Shown: positions 39,079 to 54,932, counted from the stretch's first letter. The stretch is DNA of 64,000 nt from Chrysomallon squamiferum (GCA_012295275.1 CM022675.1:2914001-2978000), one strand, 5' to 3'. The notes: generated from the sequence alone by a model not told the origin. Numbers and translations: made by a program.

Positions 39079-42000
39079 CAACAACAAGAGTCACAAATGA
39101 AGATAATAATACTACAAAAGTAGTTATTTATGTATTTACTTTCTGTTATTACTAATTACAAGCTTAACCGTTTCAAAACTGTAACATGCGGACGACTGCT
39201 GGATCAAAGCTTGTCAGTGGCTCATCAGGTAATTTTCACATAACTGATGTTTGAAATCTTTTCAGTTTTTGTGAATTTAATAGAGCTTGTTGCTAACACT
39301 TGGAATACAGGCAATGTGGGAATTTTACCTATATTATTATTAATGACAATCTCTGTGTGTGTGTGTATGTATGTTTTATATATATATGTAAACGTGCCAA
39401 AATACTGACATAATATTCCTTTATATGTGATTTTATATTGTTGTTGTTTTTTTCTCTCTTTTTCTATCGCTAGATAAAAACCGAGTACTAGTTCAAAAGG
39501 GTAACATTTAATGTGTTAATATTCTGTGTGAATATTTTATTATGCTATCGCAACACCTAGTTACAACAAATAAAACAAAATACTGTACAATAATAACAAG
39601 ATATGAGGAAACGCACAGAAATGTAAATGTAAACGTTAATTAATTTATTAATAAAAAAATCTGACATGCTGTAATTAGTGTTCATTAATTAGGTGGGAAA
39701 AAGAGATTTAGGTTGTATGTAAATATAACAGAAACCTATTTATCATATTTATTTATTTTGTTTTGTTTTCAAATCAGAGTAATATAAAGACATGTGAATA
39801 CTGTAATGTTCGGTGACTAATGTTTACAGTTACACCTATTACTCATAATACATGATAACTATTTCAGTTACGTCACAGCGTGTAACGCTATCTCGTTGTG
39901 CTAGCTACCCTGCCAAAAACAAATAGTGACGTCACTTATACCTTTCTCTTGTTTCATTTCCATTCAGTCAGACTGTGACGTCATTTTATCTATAGTAACA
40001 GTCTCTAATTTCTTATTCAGTAAAAAAAGAAAAAAAAAAAGAAAAAACACAAAACGTGATGTTGTTCTATATTTGTTACAGAATCCTGAATTTTCTATTG
40101 AACTGCTATTTCAAATGACATTTCATTTTCTTTCTCAAACGACAGTTAGCCATTACTCAGGATGAAGATTCCAATATTATCAACAAAAGTGGAAAAAAGA
40201 AAAGACAATATGGAGAAAATCAAATAAATCAGATGTGAATCTTTGAAAATTAATGTGACATTTCCGATACCAATGAAATCAGTAAATAGTGAACAAAGAT
40301 TTTAATCAAAAGAAGATTTTGGCAAAGTTAAGTGTATTTATTAAATATTAAATATAGATTATAGCATGAGTGTTGGATGTACAAAATAGATAAAAATAGT
40401 TGTTTTATTATTTTTCTTTAAGATGTTTTAAGAATTTTTTGATACATAAAAATGATAAAGACAATATTAGAAGAAATATTTTTTTTCACATAAACGTAAC
40501 CTGAATATTTTACTTCAACTGTTTTTGCTTTGTTTCTTAATTTTGTAGAAAAATATTTTTAATAAATTGAAATATATAATATATATATATTTAGTTGTAT
40601 TTTTGGGGGGTTTTTTGAAGTTAAAGAAAAAAAATTCCATCTCCAAAATGTGACAGTAAAGAATTAGTCCAAATACAAAACACATAAAGTTCTGTTAGTG
40701 AAATAATTAACTCAGACATTATGGAGAAACCATCATGGACAGAAAGGAGTCAATAATTCATTTTTATTTCTGTAGCTGTGGTAATCATACATTTAAATCA
40801 GCATTTTTATTTTAGTCAACTTTACCTTTGTCTTATTCTGTTGCTCAGATTTTTTTAAACACCAGTGAACTGAATATTTCACTTAGGAAATAATTTCAAG
40901 TGAATGTATAAAATCATTGTTAAGGAAAACTATAGTCAAAATCTCAGACGGTGAAATTTGTGAAACTCATTCTTAATTTATCCAGCGATAACAAAACACT
41001 GATTATTATCCAACATGGAGAGTACATCAATACAGCAGAATACAGTTATCTGGAAGTTTATGTTTTTAAACTTGGCAGTCATAGACTACACATTCAGCCT
41101 ACCATTCAAATAAAATATGTTGTTTAAAAACCAACATACTAAAGTGTGATGAATTCCAAAATGGCACCAAACCATCTCTCCATTACCTAGGTGAGCAGTT
41201 TCTAAGTACTCACTGATCTGTGTTGTATAATACAGATTATTTGTAAAACTTAATAATTTATTTAATTCCAGGAAAATACAGTCAGTTGTGTGGTTAGTGG
41301 TAAACGGCTCGGGGAGGTGAATGGCCCAGCTTAACGTTCACCTGCTGAACTGTAGGGACACAGGGGATGTTGTTTTTGTTGAGTCAGTTCAAGATGTTTT
41401 AAATTTGTAATACTGGACTAATAATATTAATAACTGAATATTCAACAGAGAGAATATTTTAAAATGTTATTTAACAGTATTTCAGCGTGACACTAAAACT
41501 ACATCTATTCTGAAGTTTTACATTTACTCTTTATTTACATTAGTTTTGTATGGCTATAAATTAATTATATAATACCTTGATTTGCCTATACCTGGAAACT
41601 TGCTGTGTCTCTACTGAACTTTCAAAGTCTGCTTTGTTAGTGAGTTCAGAAAGAAAGAAATAAAATCACGTCACAAAGTTAAAAATCTCATCTGAAATTT
41701 ACAAAAACAATCTCAAGAAGACTGCTGAATGTTTTCTTTGTATTAAAATTGATACTAAATATATTTTTTATTTTTTTATATCTTCATTGAATAAATTAGG
41801 TGGAAATTACACATTTGTATTACTCCCTGTACTGTATGAAACATTAGAAAATTAATTACAGAAAGCATAAAATGTTTTATCTCAAAACAGTTTATCCGAA
41901 TAAAAGGTATATTATTGTTTAGTTTAAATTCAAAACATTACAAAACAAAATTCATCTGAACTTATTAAAATAAATTATAAACCAAAAATATTTAAAATAT

Positions 42001-43412
42001 TTAATATTGTAATTTTATATATGTGTAAGTAAATTTGGTTCAATTTAAATAACCTGATTTTGTTTTATCCAAAGTTTGCATGGTTATCTCCCTTGTCCTG
42101 AGTGGGGTTTTTTTTCAAAGGAAACTGCCTGGTTGTACAAATGCTCGCTTGTCAGAATGCTGAGTTTTGTAATATTAGATTCCTGCAGATGTCAGTGAAA
42201 TCAGCAGAGTCAAAGAATGAGAGAAAACAGACTTTGGCTGCAAAATTTTAAAACTGTTTGTTACATAAACTCACCATAACTTAAATACTTCTAAAATTTA
42301 AAAACTAGGATTAACAGTTTGACATTGCTTATTTTACCATAAAAGGGTATTATAGATAGTTAAACAGACATTTAATTAAACACTTAAATTGGCATTTAAA
42401 GGCACTTTTATTTACATATTATAATTAATACAGATTTTTTAGTCAAAAATAAATAAATAAATCTAAGGCCAAAACTGAAAAATATACAAAGTGTACAATC
42501 TCATAAACTGAAAGCACACACTGTTTGTGAAACACGTGTGACAAAGCACTGACATGTAACTATAAATAGACAAATGTGTAAGCTAAAAGACCTGAACCAG
42601 AGATCAGACACACACTCAGGTTCTATTCCAGTGACTGGGTACTGACATGAACAACAGATAATTTCTCTTGAAAAACAAATAAAAATAACGATGTGAAATA
42701 AATCATCTCCCAAAAATAGTTTAATTACTGAGATTAAAATGTATAAAACTGCAACTGAAATAAAAAACTAATTTTAAAAATTTTAAACAGAAAGATGAAG
42801 TAAACACTTGAAATTAAAACACTTTCAACATAAAAATATAACCATTTTAATTAATTAATAGTTCTCAATTTAAAAGGTAAATAATTCAAGCAAAGTGTTT
42901 AAAAATAAAAAGTAAATAAATATCAAAACTGAAGAATACACTCAGTGGTTTAACTGATTAACTTCAGCTAGGAAGAATTAATTTCTGTGTTTGTTTATAT
43001 TAACAGATATACAAATACAATATATTTCTGTTTGAGTAGAATTATAACTCTTTTCTTAAAATTAATGCTTAAACTATTGTTTTCCATTACAAATCTTGTT
43101 ATATTTTTATAATGAAAATATTTTTTAATGAATATTGTTTCTAATAATAAAATGTTCATGTTTAATTTACTCCTGTTTATTTTAAGAAAAACACAATTTA
43201 TCTGATAAGTTACCAAAGTACTGGAACATATTAAATTAACTAAGTTGAAATTTAACAACTTATGATTTAAAAATAATAATAATAATAATAATTACTATTA
43301 TTATTATTATTAAAAAATAAATAAAAACATCATATAACTGAAAATAGTTTTATCAACTTTCAATTTTCCTTTTATGATGACGCCAACAATTTCAATACTT
43401 TCAACTGACTGA

Positions 43413-43628
43413 AATACAGATATATGTAAATACAGATATAAGTAAACACAGATATAAGTAAATACAGATAAAAGTAAACACAGATATAAGTAAATACAGA
43501 TATAAGTAAACACAGATATAAGTAAATACAGATATAAGTAAATACAGATATAAGTAAACACAGATATAAGTAAACACAGATATAAGTAAATACAGATATA
43601 AGTAAACACAGATATAAGTAAATACAGA
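43413..43628. repeat. 16-bp tandem repeat
   Basis: cagatataagtaaa(t/c)a, about 13 copies. Confidence 0.93.
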
Positions 43629-43691
43629 CATGTATGCTCAGTAGGAAGTGCTGACAAAATACGTCTGACAGGAATCAGTTTCTATGACTAC

Positions 43692-43733
<42 letters not shown>

Positions 43734-43825
43734 TAAGGACATTCTCAACTTGAGACAAATGTCATTCTATTTTTCAAAGTGACAATCACGCACGCCATCT
43801 GTATGTTTCTAAATGAACAAAATAA

Positions 43826-43865
<40 letters not shown>

Positions 43866-45059
43866 TCTTTATTTTAAAGGAGACAAAATATTTCACGATA
43901 CACGCTTTCAGAATATTAAATTTGATTTATGTTACATAAAACAACAATTAGGAAAAGATTTAATAACACGTAAAAGTACAAAAGACTAGACACTCATAAA
44001 GCTATCTAATATGTGGATATGAATAATTTGAAACAAGAAAAACAAAGTTTTCTGTTACTTGAACAAATCAAATTGCAAAGCCTGTCAACAAGCTCTCTGT
44101 TCAGATCTGCATTCGGTGACTGATGAAGTCGGATGAACTTTGACCTTTAACCCACATATTTTTGTAACGAAAAGCTTTTAATCTCCTTCTTTAGCATGCT
44201 GGTAATCTGAATTTTAAGAACAATTATATAAAAAAAAATTTCTTAACATGGTAACTATATTTGAAAGTTATTTTTATGATAAATAAATAAATAATAATGA
44301 TAATGAATAAATAGCATAACATAACATAATTGTTATTACTACTGCTACGACTGCTTCTATAAGTACTATAACGGCTTCTACTAATTTTTCTTACTATTAT
44401 TGTTATTAGTATTAATATTGGTGTTGTTACTATTCTAAAGTATTTTAGTAAATTATTTATTGATTTTAGTTTTATTATTTATTTATATTTTTCATATCGT
44501 TGTCTCCGCCGTTTTCGTCGTCGTCATTGTTTATAAGAAATGTATAAAATAAAAATACGGTTTTTTTTTCGTTTTTTTTCGGAAGAATTGTAAAGCGTCA
44601 GTTGTTCTACAGTGTTCAGGTGAAATTCACATCAGTGGTGAGAACTGCGAAGCAGGTGGGATGGTATGGTGGGGGGCGACCTCGATTTTATTTTGCGTTT
44701 GACTGGTGCAGGCCGAACTTAGACCGATCGATAAACTCGCTGTCATGGCAACGAAATACACAGTTCCCGTTCTTTCTTTTATTTATTTATTTATTTATTT
44801 TTTAGATTATTATTATTATTATTATTATTTTATTTGTTGTTATTATTATTATTTAAATTTATTTTTCACTATTTCTTTAGTTATATTTATCATTATTACT
44901 ACTACAACTACTACTACTACTTCTAATGTGATAATGATCATGACGATTATTATTTATTTTTTCCCATTTATCATTGATTTACTTCCGTATTTATTTCAAA
45001 TTGTACTTTTTAAGGTTTATTTCGTTTTCTGTCTTTCATTTAACGAAACGGTTGGACGG

Positions 45060-45179
<120 letters not shown>

Positions 45180-46027
45180 GTTGTTGTTGTCAGCGGGTGT
45201 TTTACTTACGTTGTAGTGACTGACTGTTCTGTCAGATGCAAGGAATGAATGAAGGAAGGAAGAAAGGAATAAATAAAGACGGTAAGTCTCTTATTAGTTG
45301 AACTGACTTCATTTCCGTGGTATTTGCGGTGTGTGTGCGTGTGTGTGTGTGTGTAAGCAGGTATGTAGAGTAACGTGAATGCTATTACTGTTACTACTAC
45401 AACTAGAGTACTACTGCTAGTAATACAACATGGAAACAAGCTACAACGGGAGCAGTAACATTAACAGTAAACACTATAACAACGATACAAAACAGCAACC
45501 ACCACAGTAGCAACATTATGATTAACAGTAACGACAACAACAACGACGGAAGCAGCTATATTAATCGAAATGGTAAAACATATCAGCTACATAAATGAGA
45601 ACTACAACAACATTAATAAAACACCGATGATACGACACCAGCGTTAATAATCACAGTTAGACTTATATGAAGAAAACACTAACAGCAACTATATCAACAA
45701 CGACGTCAGACACGACAGCAGTACAGGAATAACAGCAAACATTTCAAAACAATAATAGGCACTATAACATAATATTAGAACAGGCAAACAAATGATGATT
45801 ACAATAATGTTAAAACCAATTCATTATTATGATGATGATAATGATAATGATAATAAATTCAACATGGAAAACCAAAACATTAACGGAAAAGACCACAACG
45901 ACGGCAGTAATGATATTAATTATAAATAATATCAATAATGTATGAATAACAGTTCCCGTAAAAAGCGAAAAATTACAATGAGACAACAATAACTAGAAGA
46001 TAACAACGACAGCGAAATCAAACTAAA

Positions 46028-46059
<32 letters not shown>

Positions 46060-46809
46060 CAACAGTGAAAAACAACCGCACAATAACATCACTAACAGGA
46101 ACGACAACGACAGCAGTTTTATTCTAACATTCATCATGCAGACGACACTAGCCCTAGTGCAGCAATTACAATTTACTTTATTTTTTTAAAAATTATTGTA
46201 ATTATTATTATTATTTAAGTAAATTTAAAATGAAATATAAGAAATGAATCTAAGGATATACATTGTCTAGTTCCAATTTCTTTTTTCTTTAAATTTCCAT
46301 ATAACTTTTGTAATAAAAGTGTTTTTGAATTAAATGTCATCATCCAAAAATAGCAATTGACGTCACTTGTCAGAATTGCTTCTGTAGTTTCATGTCATCA
46401 ACTGACTTGTGACAGAGAACGTAATGTTGTTTGTTATCTGATCATAACGGTGTGTGTTTTTAACTTGCAGAAAATAGAAGATATTTTAAAATACATTATT
46501 TTATTATACAAATTTAGCCAACATCTTAAGGGTACTTCAGAAATTGAAACGAACAAGTAAAATCACAGAGTGGAATACAGATAAACTACCTATACCTCGT
46601 ATACCTATTCAGAAATGAAGTTTGCCATATGTGATGTTCTTATATATTTATCACGCATTAGGTTGAATCTGTTTTATTACTGTACATGCCTGCTATAGTT
46701 TCCTGTAAGTTGTAGATCACGCGCCAAATTAGCACCCGTTATTCTCTAAATGTTGACCAATTCGGTTTACTTTTGCTGGGCTTAATTCATTATGTTTCAA
46801 AACAATCTT

Positions 46810-46861
<52 letters not shown>

Positions 46862-47079
46862 ACATGAGAGCTAGCTCATAGGTACTGAGTCATACGAAGG
46901 GATATCAGTTTGTTACACTCTTCTGAAATAACAAATTTGTTCAGTTTAAACATTGATTCAAACTTTCTTAAACATATAAATACGCTCAAACACACACATA
47001 TCTAAATGTCTTTCATAAACACAGACACACATACACATACACACATATGTATCAGTATATGTCTCCTTATCTGTCTCTG

Positions 47080-47173
47080 TATGTTTGTATGTATGTTTGT
47101 GTGTGTGTGTATATTTATATATATGTGTGTGTGTGTTTGTGTGTATATATTTATATATATATGTGTGTGTGTG

Positions 47174-47212
<39 letters not shown>

Positions 47213-47540
47213 GTGTGTGTGTATATATATGTGTGTGTGTATATATGTGTATGTGTATATATTTATATATATGAGTGTGTGTGTGTGTATATATGTGTGT
47301 GTGTGTGTATATATATGTGTGTGTGTGTATATGTGTGTGTGTATATATATATGTGTGTGTGTGTGTATATATGTGTGTGTGTATATATATGTGTGTGTGT
47401 GTATTTATATATATATGTGTGTGTGTGTTTATATATGTGTGTGTGTGTATATATATGTGTGTGTATATTTATATATATATGTGTGTGTGTGTGTGTATTT
47501 ATATATATATGTGTGTGTGTGTTTGTGTATATATATATAC
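47080..47540. repeat. Compound (TG)n/(TA)n microsatellite
   Basis: Seen directly. Confidence 0.95.
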
Positions 47541-47874
47541 AGAAAGAGAGAAAAGATAGATATAATACACACACATATAATCACACATAACTCTTTCTTA
47601 AGCCTTCATACATACATAGTACATACGCACATACATACAAACATGCGCACAAGTAAGTTGATAAACTTGTGGTTGTCAGTGTTTCTAGTAGTAGCAGATT
47701 AACTATCAGTTCTTACATAAAAAGATTGAGAAGAAGATATAACACGTTTGTTTCAAATTACAGTCAGATTTATTTACTAATCTACAATGTCACATACAAG
47801 TTTGTGAACCTTAAGATCATAATGTAATGATTTTTATATAACATTGAAATTTATTTTTATTATTATTATTATTA

Positions 47875-47920
<46 letters not shown>

Positions 47921-48142
47921 GTTGCTGTTCTTTTTATTAAAATGAATTTACTTTTAGTCTGTTTTACATGTTAAGGAAATATAATGCAGTGACTGAGGAT
48001 AATATGTAAGTAAACCTATCACTTTTGTTAATATATTATCAGATTTAAATTTAAATCACCTTCTTCGACAAGCGTGTTTTTTACAGAAACGCTTCTGATG
48101 AAGAAATAAATTGTAAGAAGAGGAAAGGCGCACGCATTTGCT

Positions 48143-48292
48143 TGTGTCACTGTGTACTTGTGTGTGTTGCTGTGTACTTGTGTGTGTTGCTGTGTACTTG
48201 GGTGTGTCACTGTGTACTTGTGTGTTGCTGTGTACTTGTGTGTGTTGCTGTGTACTAGGGTTTGTCACTGTGTACTTGTGTGTTGCTGTGTG
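48143..48292. repeat. 18-20-bp tandem repeat
   Basis: tgtgtacttgtgtgtgttgc units. Confidence 0.85.
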
Positions 48293-51153
48293 TCTTTGTA
48301 TGTATCAGTTTGTGTTTGTGTGTAATTTCTTTTTTTGTGTCTGTGTGTCATTGTATGCGAGCATATTACTGTTAAATCAATACAAACTCGTTGCCATCTC
48401 TTAGTTTTCACTATAATTTGATGATTCTAAGAATTGAGTAAGAGAAATATTTTGTTTACCTACAAAGGTAAATAAATAAAAACTTGTTTTTCAGAAACTG
48501 CTCAGTACACAAGAAGAGGTAATTCTGTGAGCTCACCACAGGAGAGAAATGTCATCAAAGAATCTGTACTAGCCTGGCAGGAACAGAAGCATCTGCAGAG
48601 GTTGTCGTTGTTCTTACAGTAACAGCAGTAGTAGTAGTAAACTCATTGTTGTAGTAGTGTGGTTATTATAGCATTAGTACTTAATAATAATCATTCTTGT
48701 TTGTAGTAATACGTGATATTTTAGCCAATGATGCTTTGTGTTCATAATGTATCTTGTGTGACTCAGTCAGAAAAATACTAGCTGTAGTCATAGTATTAGT
48801 TGTAGTAGTAGCAGAAATAATAGTAGTTTTATTGTTGCAATAGTAGTAGTAATAGAGGGAGTTTGAGTATAGAACAGTGACATGATAAAATTGGCTGTAG
48901 CAACAGGAACAGTAGTAGTTGTAGTAGTTATAACAATAATAGTATAAAAACTTGATTTGTTAGTTAAATTGGTGGAAAAAGAAAGAAAACTGATTAATAC
49001 TATTTTATTGAATATTTTATTCATTTGCTTGTTTATTTAATATTTTATTAAATATTTTCATTGTTTGTTTGTTTATTTACTTAATATTTTATTCAGTATT
49101 TTATTTATTGATTTATGTCTAGGAAATTTCCTCATACATCACGTCACAGTTGATGGATTTCCAAGTCAAGGGGACACAACTGTGGAAGCCACTGCCTCTC
49201 TGGACCTCAACACCACACAGAGTTGTCTGTCTCTGTGAGATGAACCAGTAAGTGTCAGTCCATTGTCTTTCCCAATCTACACATCAAACTGTGACATAGA
49301 AAATATGAGGTGTTAAATGTTCAGAAAATGTGTTTTGGTTCACCCAGTACATCAGTGTGTGTCTCTTAGGCTGATGTTTTCACTTCTAGTTTGACAGTGT
49401 AAAGAAAAATCCTAATAGACTGAGTAAATGTTTATATCTCTTACTGACTAGATAAAATGGGTGAAATCTGTTTTGTTTTTCAGTTTTTAAAATACAAATA
49501 AATAAATATATGTAATCAAAATTCATTTACTTTTCTTAAAATAAACAGTCTAAACTAGTCTGTGAATTTTTTTTTTCTGTCTATGTTACAGATGTTTCAT
49601 GTACTCACCCTGAATCAGAAAATTCAAATCATTTTGTACAGCTACTAATATATAAGAATTTGTAATGTTTATAAAGTTTCGGTTAATGTGCCAAAACTAT
49701 GTAAATAAAAATATTCCTCATCTTAGAATGTTTGATAACATTAGCTAAAAAATATTAAATTAAAAACAGAATACAAAATAATTCAAAATGTTTATTTCAA
49801 CAAGAAAACAAATTAATATCAGGACTACTTTTTCATATAAAAAACATAATTTTAGAAAAATGTCATAAAATTCCTTACATAAAAATTTAGAAAAGCATTT
49901 TATAAAATATTGAACTTTTAAATTAAAAATGTTTTAAAATGTTTTATAAGGTTTTTAAGATGAGAGCGAAGGGTGCTGTAAAATAAAAAAATACCAAGAT
50001 TTCTGATGTATCCAACAAAAGTATAATATTAAAATGTACAAAATGAAAAAAAAAATAACCAAGATATTTGTTTACAAAAAAGTTAAAAGATCAATAAATA
50101 ACGTAATCTGAAAATTATTTATTCAGAAAATTTATAATTTCCCATCTTATCTTCCAAAACACACAACATTATCTACTTCCATTTTATGTTTTATTAAGAT
50201 ATGTTTATTGACTAAATCTTTACCAGAAGTCTTCGTATTCTTTGTTATTTTATATGATTAAGTAGATTTTTGTTTAAAATTAAATTAAAAAGAAGAATAT
50301 AAAAAGAAAAAAATGAAATTATCTCCCCTGGACCAAACACCTTTATATAAAACATGTACTTTTTTTCAAAAGCAGTAATCAAGGATTTCTAACGTAAATC
50401 ATTTTTAAAAAATAAAGTCTTTTTTCACAGACTTGACTGAACTTGCTGTGTCTGGTCCAAACATTATGTATATAGGTCTGTATGTAACTATATCTTGTAT
50501 GAACAACATTGTGACTTCCAGTCTGAAATCACAGTTTTATAAATTATTCAGTAAGTAGTCCATGACTCACACAAGTAATGTTTTAAAACTTTTCTTTGGT
50601 GTGGATTTTTCTAGAAGTTCTCAGTATTCTCCAAGCATTCAGCTTCTTTTTATTTTTTGTTGAGATGTTTCATCTTCTGCTATTTCTTCTGCTTGCTGAG
50701 TTCAGTATGATCAGAAAACTTGAAAAACTTGGAGGCAAACTCAAGAAGCCATTTAGAATGAATGGATGATTATCATTAACACTTCTCAGTATAAACAATC
50801 CTGAAAATTTAAAACAAAAATAAATACGTCTTTATTAAAATAATATTCAGAATGGCATACACAATATTAATATGTCTTTATTATAAAAGTTCACCTCTAA
50901 ATCTGCGATTATACAATTTGACATGTAAAATGAACACTAGATATAAATCAAATCTGATGTTTTGTGACTTAATAGTAGAGAGCTGAGATGAGAAGTAACA
51001 GATTTTTCTATCAATCTTGATTTGTGCAGTCTGTTACTCATGTATTAAAAAATGTAACTGTAAATTGAACATAAAAATACATTTCTATGTATAACAATGA
51101 CAATAACAATGACAATAACAAAATTAACAAGAAAATAAAAATAATAGTAAAAC

Positions 51154-53368
51154 CTTGTTTCTAATAAAAGTGTTGATGACAGCAGCCATGAAGTCTTCAA
51201 CATGAAAACATTTGTTGTGCTGTGATGTGTAGAGCAGTGTTCCCATCAAACAAACAAACAAACAAACAAACTAATAAATCAGATAAGTATCCAGCTAAAT
51301 AAGTAAATGCATAGCAATGAATGAAATAAGTAAATAAGCAGATAACTGAAATAAATAAAAAAGAAAATTCGGTAAATATTTTAGAAAGACTATCAATGCA
51401 TTTACCCACAATGCACCAGTTTGTATTTCAGTTAGAGAACAGAGACAGATTTCTTTTTTAAATTACCCATAAACAGAAAGTTACATTTTAAAAATTATTA
51501 TATCTGTCAATAATCAGTAATTATTTTAATCAGTGGGGAAAAATAATCAAATATAAATCATGTAAAAACAAAAACTAAGTGGATCAAAGAGACATAAACA
51601 AAATCACTGCCATAAAACAGTAATAATTCTTACATTTAGAGTTTTTCTTTTCTTTTTGTTAACAGTATAATAAATCATAAAACAGTAACAATTCTTACAT
51701 TTAGAGTTTTTATTTTGTTTTTGTTAACAGTATAATAAATCATAAAACAGTAATAATTCTTACATTTAGAGTTTTTCTTTTCTTTTTGTTAACAGTATAA
51801 TAAATCATAAAACAGTAACAATTCTTACATTTAGAGTTTTTATTTTGTTTTTGTTAACAGTATAATAAATCATAAAACAGTAATAATTCTTACATTTAGA
51901 GTTTTTCTTTTCTTTTTGTTAACAGTATAATAAATCATAAAACAGTAACAATTCTTACATTTAGAGTTTTTATTTTCTTTTTGTTAACAGTATAATAAAT
52001 CATAAAACAGTAACAATTCTTACATTTAGAGTTTTTATTTTCTTTTTGTTAACAGTATAATAAATCATAAAACAGTAATAATTCTTACATTTAGAGTTTT
52101 TCTTTTCTTTTTGTTAACAGTATAATAAATCATAAAACAGTAACAATTCTTACATTTAGAGTTTTTTTATTTTCTTTTTGTTAACAGTATAATAAATCAT
52201 AAAACAGTAATAATTCTTACATTTAGAGTTTTTTTTCTTTTCTTTTTGTTAACAGTATAATAAATCATAAAACAGTAACAATTCTTACATTTAGAGTTTT
52301 TCTTTTCTTTTTGTTAACAGTATAATAAATCATAAAACAGTAATAATTCTTACATTTAGAGTTTTTCTTTTCTTTTTGTTAACAGTATAATAAATCATAA
52401 AACAGTAATAATTCTTACATTTAGAGTTTTTATTTTGTTTTGTTTTTGTTAATAAATCATAACAGAAGATCTGATAATAATAATGGTACAAAAAGCACCA
52501 AACCCACTACTATCAACAACAACAACAGCAGCAATAATAATAATTATAATAATGGTGATGATAATAACAACAATGGTAACAATAATAATGATGTTAATAC
52601 AATAAAATGATAATAATAACTATAATGATGATGATGATGATAATGATAAGAATGATAATGTGTTAACAATGACAATGATAAAATTGGTTACCTTATTTTG
52701 AGCACATATGTTTATTGCTTGCACACACTCAACTGGAAAATACATGGCCTGTATACTGTGCATACATAGTGTATGTGTGTGTTTCCTTTCTGAAAAACAT
52801 AGACATTTATTTATCTGTTGTTAAATGTTAGTCTTAAAAGCTAATAAGGAAACATACAGTGTGTAAACTGACTATTTCATCAAAGGTCCACTTTAATTGA
52901 AAAAAAAAGTCAATGCACCCACACATACAATACATATAAACATATACAACACATACAACACACATACATGCATTATAACACATATGCACACATATAATAA
53001 ATTGTGCTCTGGCATATTCAGTATAAATGAAAGTAAAACTGTACAAAACAGTCTGACATGACTTTTTCAACTGCTCGGAAAGTTTCAAACTCCAGAATTT
53101 CTAATACAGGATCCTCTAGTGTATCCATCCATGTTTTAAATAAATACAAAGACATACAACATATACATATACATATAACACCCATGAACACATATATACA
53201 CAACACACATACATCACATACACACCCCAACAATTCACATATACACACACACACAGTATAAACAGACCCAATCACAGATATATATATATATATATATATA
53301 ACAGATAAAAATGCATACCATACAAATACATACATTCACACACCACATACACACATACACACAGACAC

Positions 53369-53428
<60 letters not shown>

Positions 53429-54289
53429 ACACACACAGACACAGACACAGAGATGCACTAAATAACTTTGTCTTTACTCAGTGGCTCCTGGTCATCTTCA
53501 AAACTCTGTTTTATCATTTGAAAACACAGTTCTTCCCATCACATACAACAAATAAATATTAATTGATAAACAGCTCTACACACAAACAATACAACACACA
53601 CACACACACACACACTCATACTGCAGAACAAACTTACATAGTTACAAAAAGTGATGTGAAAAAATAAAATTTGTTTTAGTAGATCATTTAAATTCAGATT
53701 CATAGATGTTTAGGTCACTGTTTAATAATATATTATTATGAAATACATAAAACAGTTTATAGTGAACAGCAAAGATTACTCAGGTGATAAATTCTAACAC
53801 TTTCACAACAAATATTTACAAATTACACTTAGTTAAGTTAATCAAATAGTTTTGGGATTGTTATACAAATGTCTAAATAACATTAGATAACTGTATAACA
53901 TAATCATTAATTTTAAAAACAGATTTCAGTTTTATCTTAGCCAGATCATACATCTGCCCTGCAATATTTTTTCTTTATGTCAGCAGATTTTCTTTTATCC
54001 GTTATATGAAATAAATAAATAAATACATACAAATAAAAAAAAAAAATAAAAAAAAAATTAGATAGATAAATCTGTTATTTATTACTATAATCATGTATAA
54101 AACTGTGAATATTTCAATTCTATTTGTGTACTAAATACTAAAATAGGCTAATTATTCCTGATCTCTCAAAGTGTGAACATCTAAAGAACCAGTGATTTAT
54201 TTCCCAATAAACAGTGCCTCAACAATGGTGAAGTATGTTTTTGGACGTTTGTGAAAACACTTACCTGAGACTATCTCAGTCTCTGCCAT
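51154..54289 (-). pseudogene. Ankyrin-repeat gene remnant (spliced, frameshifted)
   Basis: Exon 52789..52692 (ttttcag| ... AAG|gtaacc, 98 nt) reads KGNTHIHYVC...INICAQNK. Exon 51247..51154 reads DGNTALHITAQQ...INTFIRNK|gt. Candidate first exon ATG 54289 MAETEIVS ends CAG|GTAAGT at 54265. Confidence 0.65.
51607..52460. repeat. Minisatellite, 65-bp unit, ~13 copies (inside a putative intron of the ankyrin remnant)
   Basis: cataaaacagtaataattcttacatttagagtttttcttttctttttgttaacagtataataaat. Alternating taat/caat variants give a 130-bp dimer at the left end. Confidence 0.95.
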
Positions 54290-54534
54290 TTATCACGAAT
54301 CGTATGAATTGTGTTTAGAGGTGCAAACAAAGAACCAACTAAGTAACAAACTACCGAAAATACATCACTGTTTACTATTCGAGTACTACTGTACTAGCAT
54401 AGTCCGAGAGATCGCTCGTTTTCACAGTAAACTCTGAATATATAATGTTTAAACCGCGTGAGTTTCAAACTTTCAATTTTGTACTGGTATTAATTTTGTA
54501 TAGCTTGACATTTCTTTAAAATTCAGTCTATTTC

Positions 54535-54600
54535 CGTATTGTACTTCCGGTATCATTTACCAAGACACCAATCGGAGATCATCGCATATTTCCGTGAAGA
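54535..54600. promoter_or_regulatory. Putative promoter of the ankyrin remnant (ETS site, CCAAT)
   Basis: ACTTCCGG at 54543 and CCAAT at 54568, in a CpG-enriched patch about 260 bp upstream of the candidate ATG. Confidence 0.4.
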
Positions 54601-54932
54601 CAAAATAAGTAAATAAATAAATAAATAAATAAATAAAAAAGGATGTGTATACATGATTCACGAAACAATTAATATATAGGTGACTATGTATTTGTAAATT
54701 TTTGCAAATACATGAAACATGTTTTGATTAAGCCGTCTGCCTTCTGTTTTCTTATTTAACTCACGAATTTTAGAAATAAATGCTCGAAATCGCTCATTAT
54801 AATCTGTTCTCTTTCCGTCTTTGTGTAAGAAAAACTAACCTTTCGCTTCTGCGAGCAAAATAGCTATATATACACACAAACAAATAATAATAATAATAAT
54901 AAATAAATAAAAATAATAATAAAAATAAATAA

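Noticed and set aside
41280-41375. tRNA gene
   Set aside because: Only an A-box-like TGGTTAGTGG is present, with no cloverleaf or B box. At most a SINE remnant.
44739-44752. RFX X-box-like GCTGTCATGGCAAC
   Set aside because: Two mismatches to consensus and no associated gene identified.
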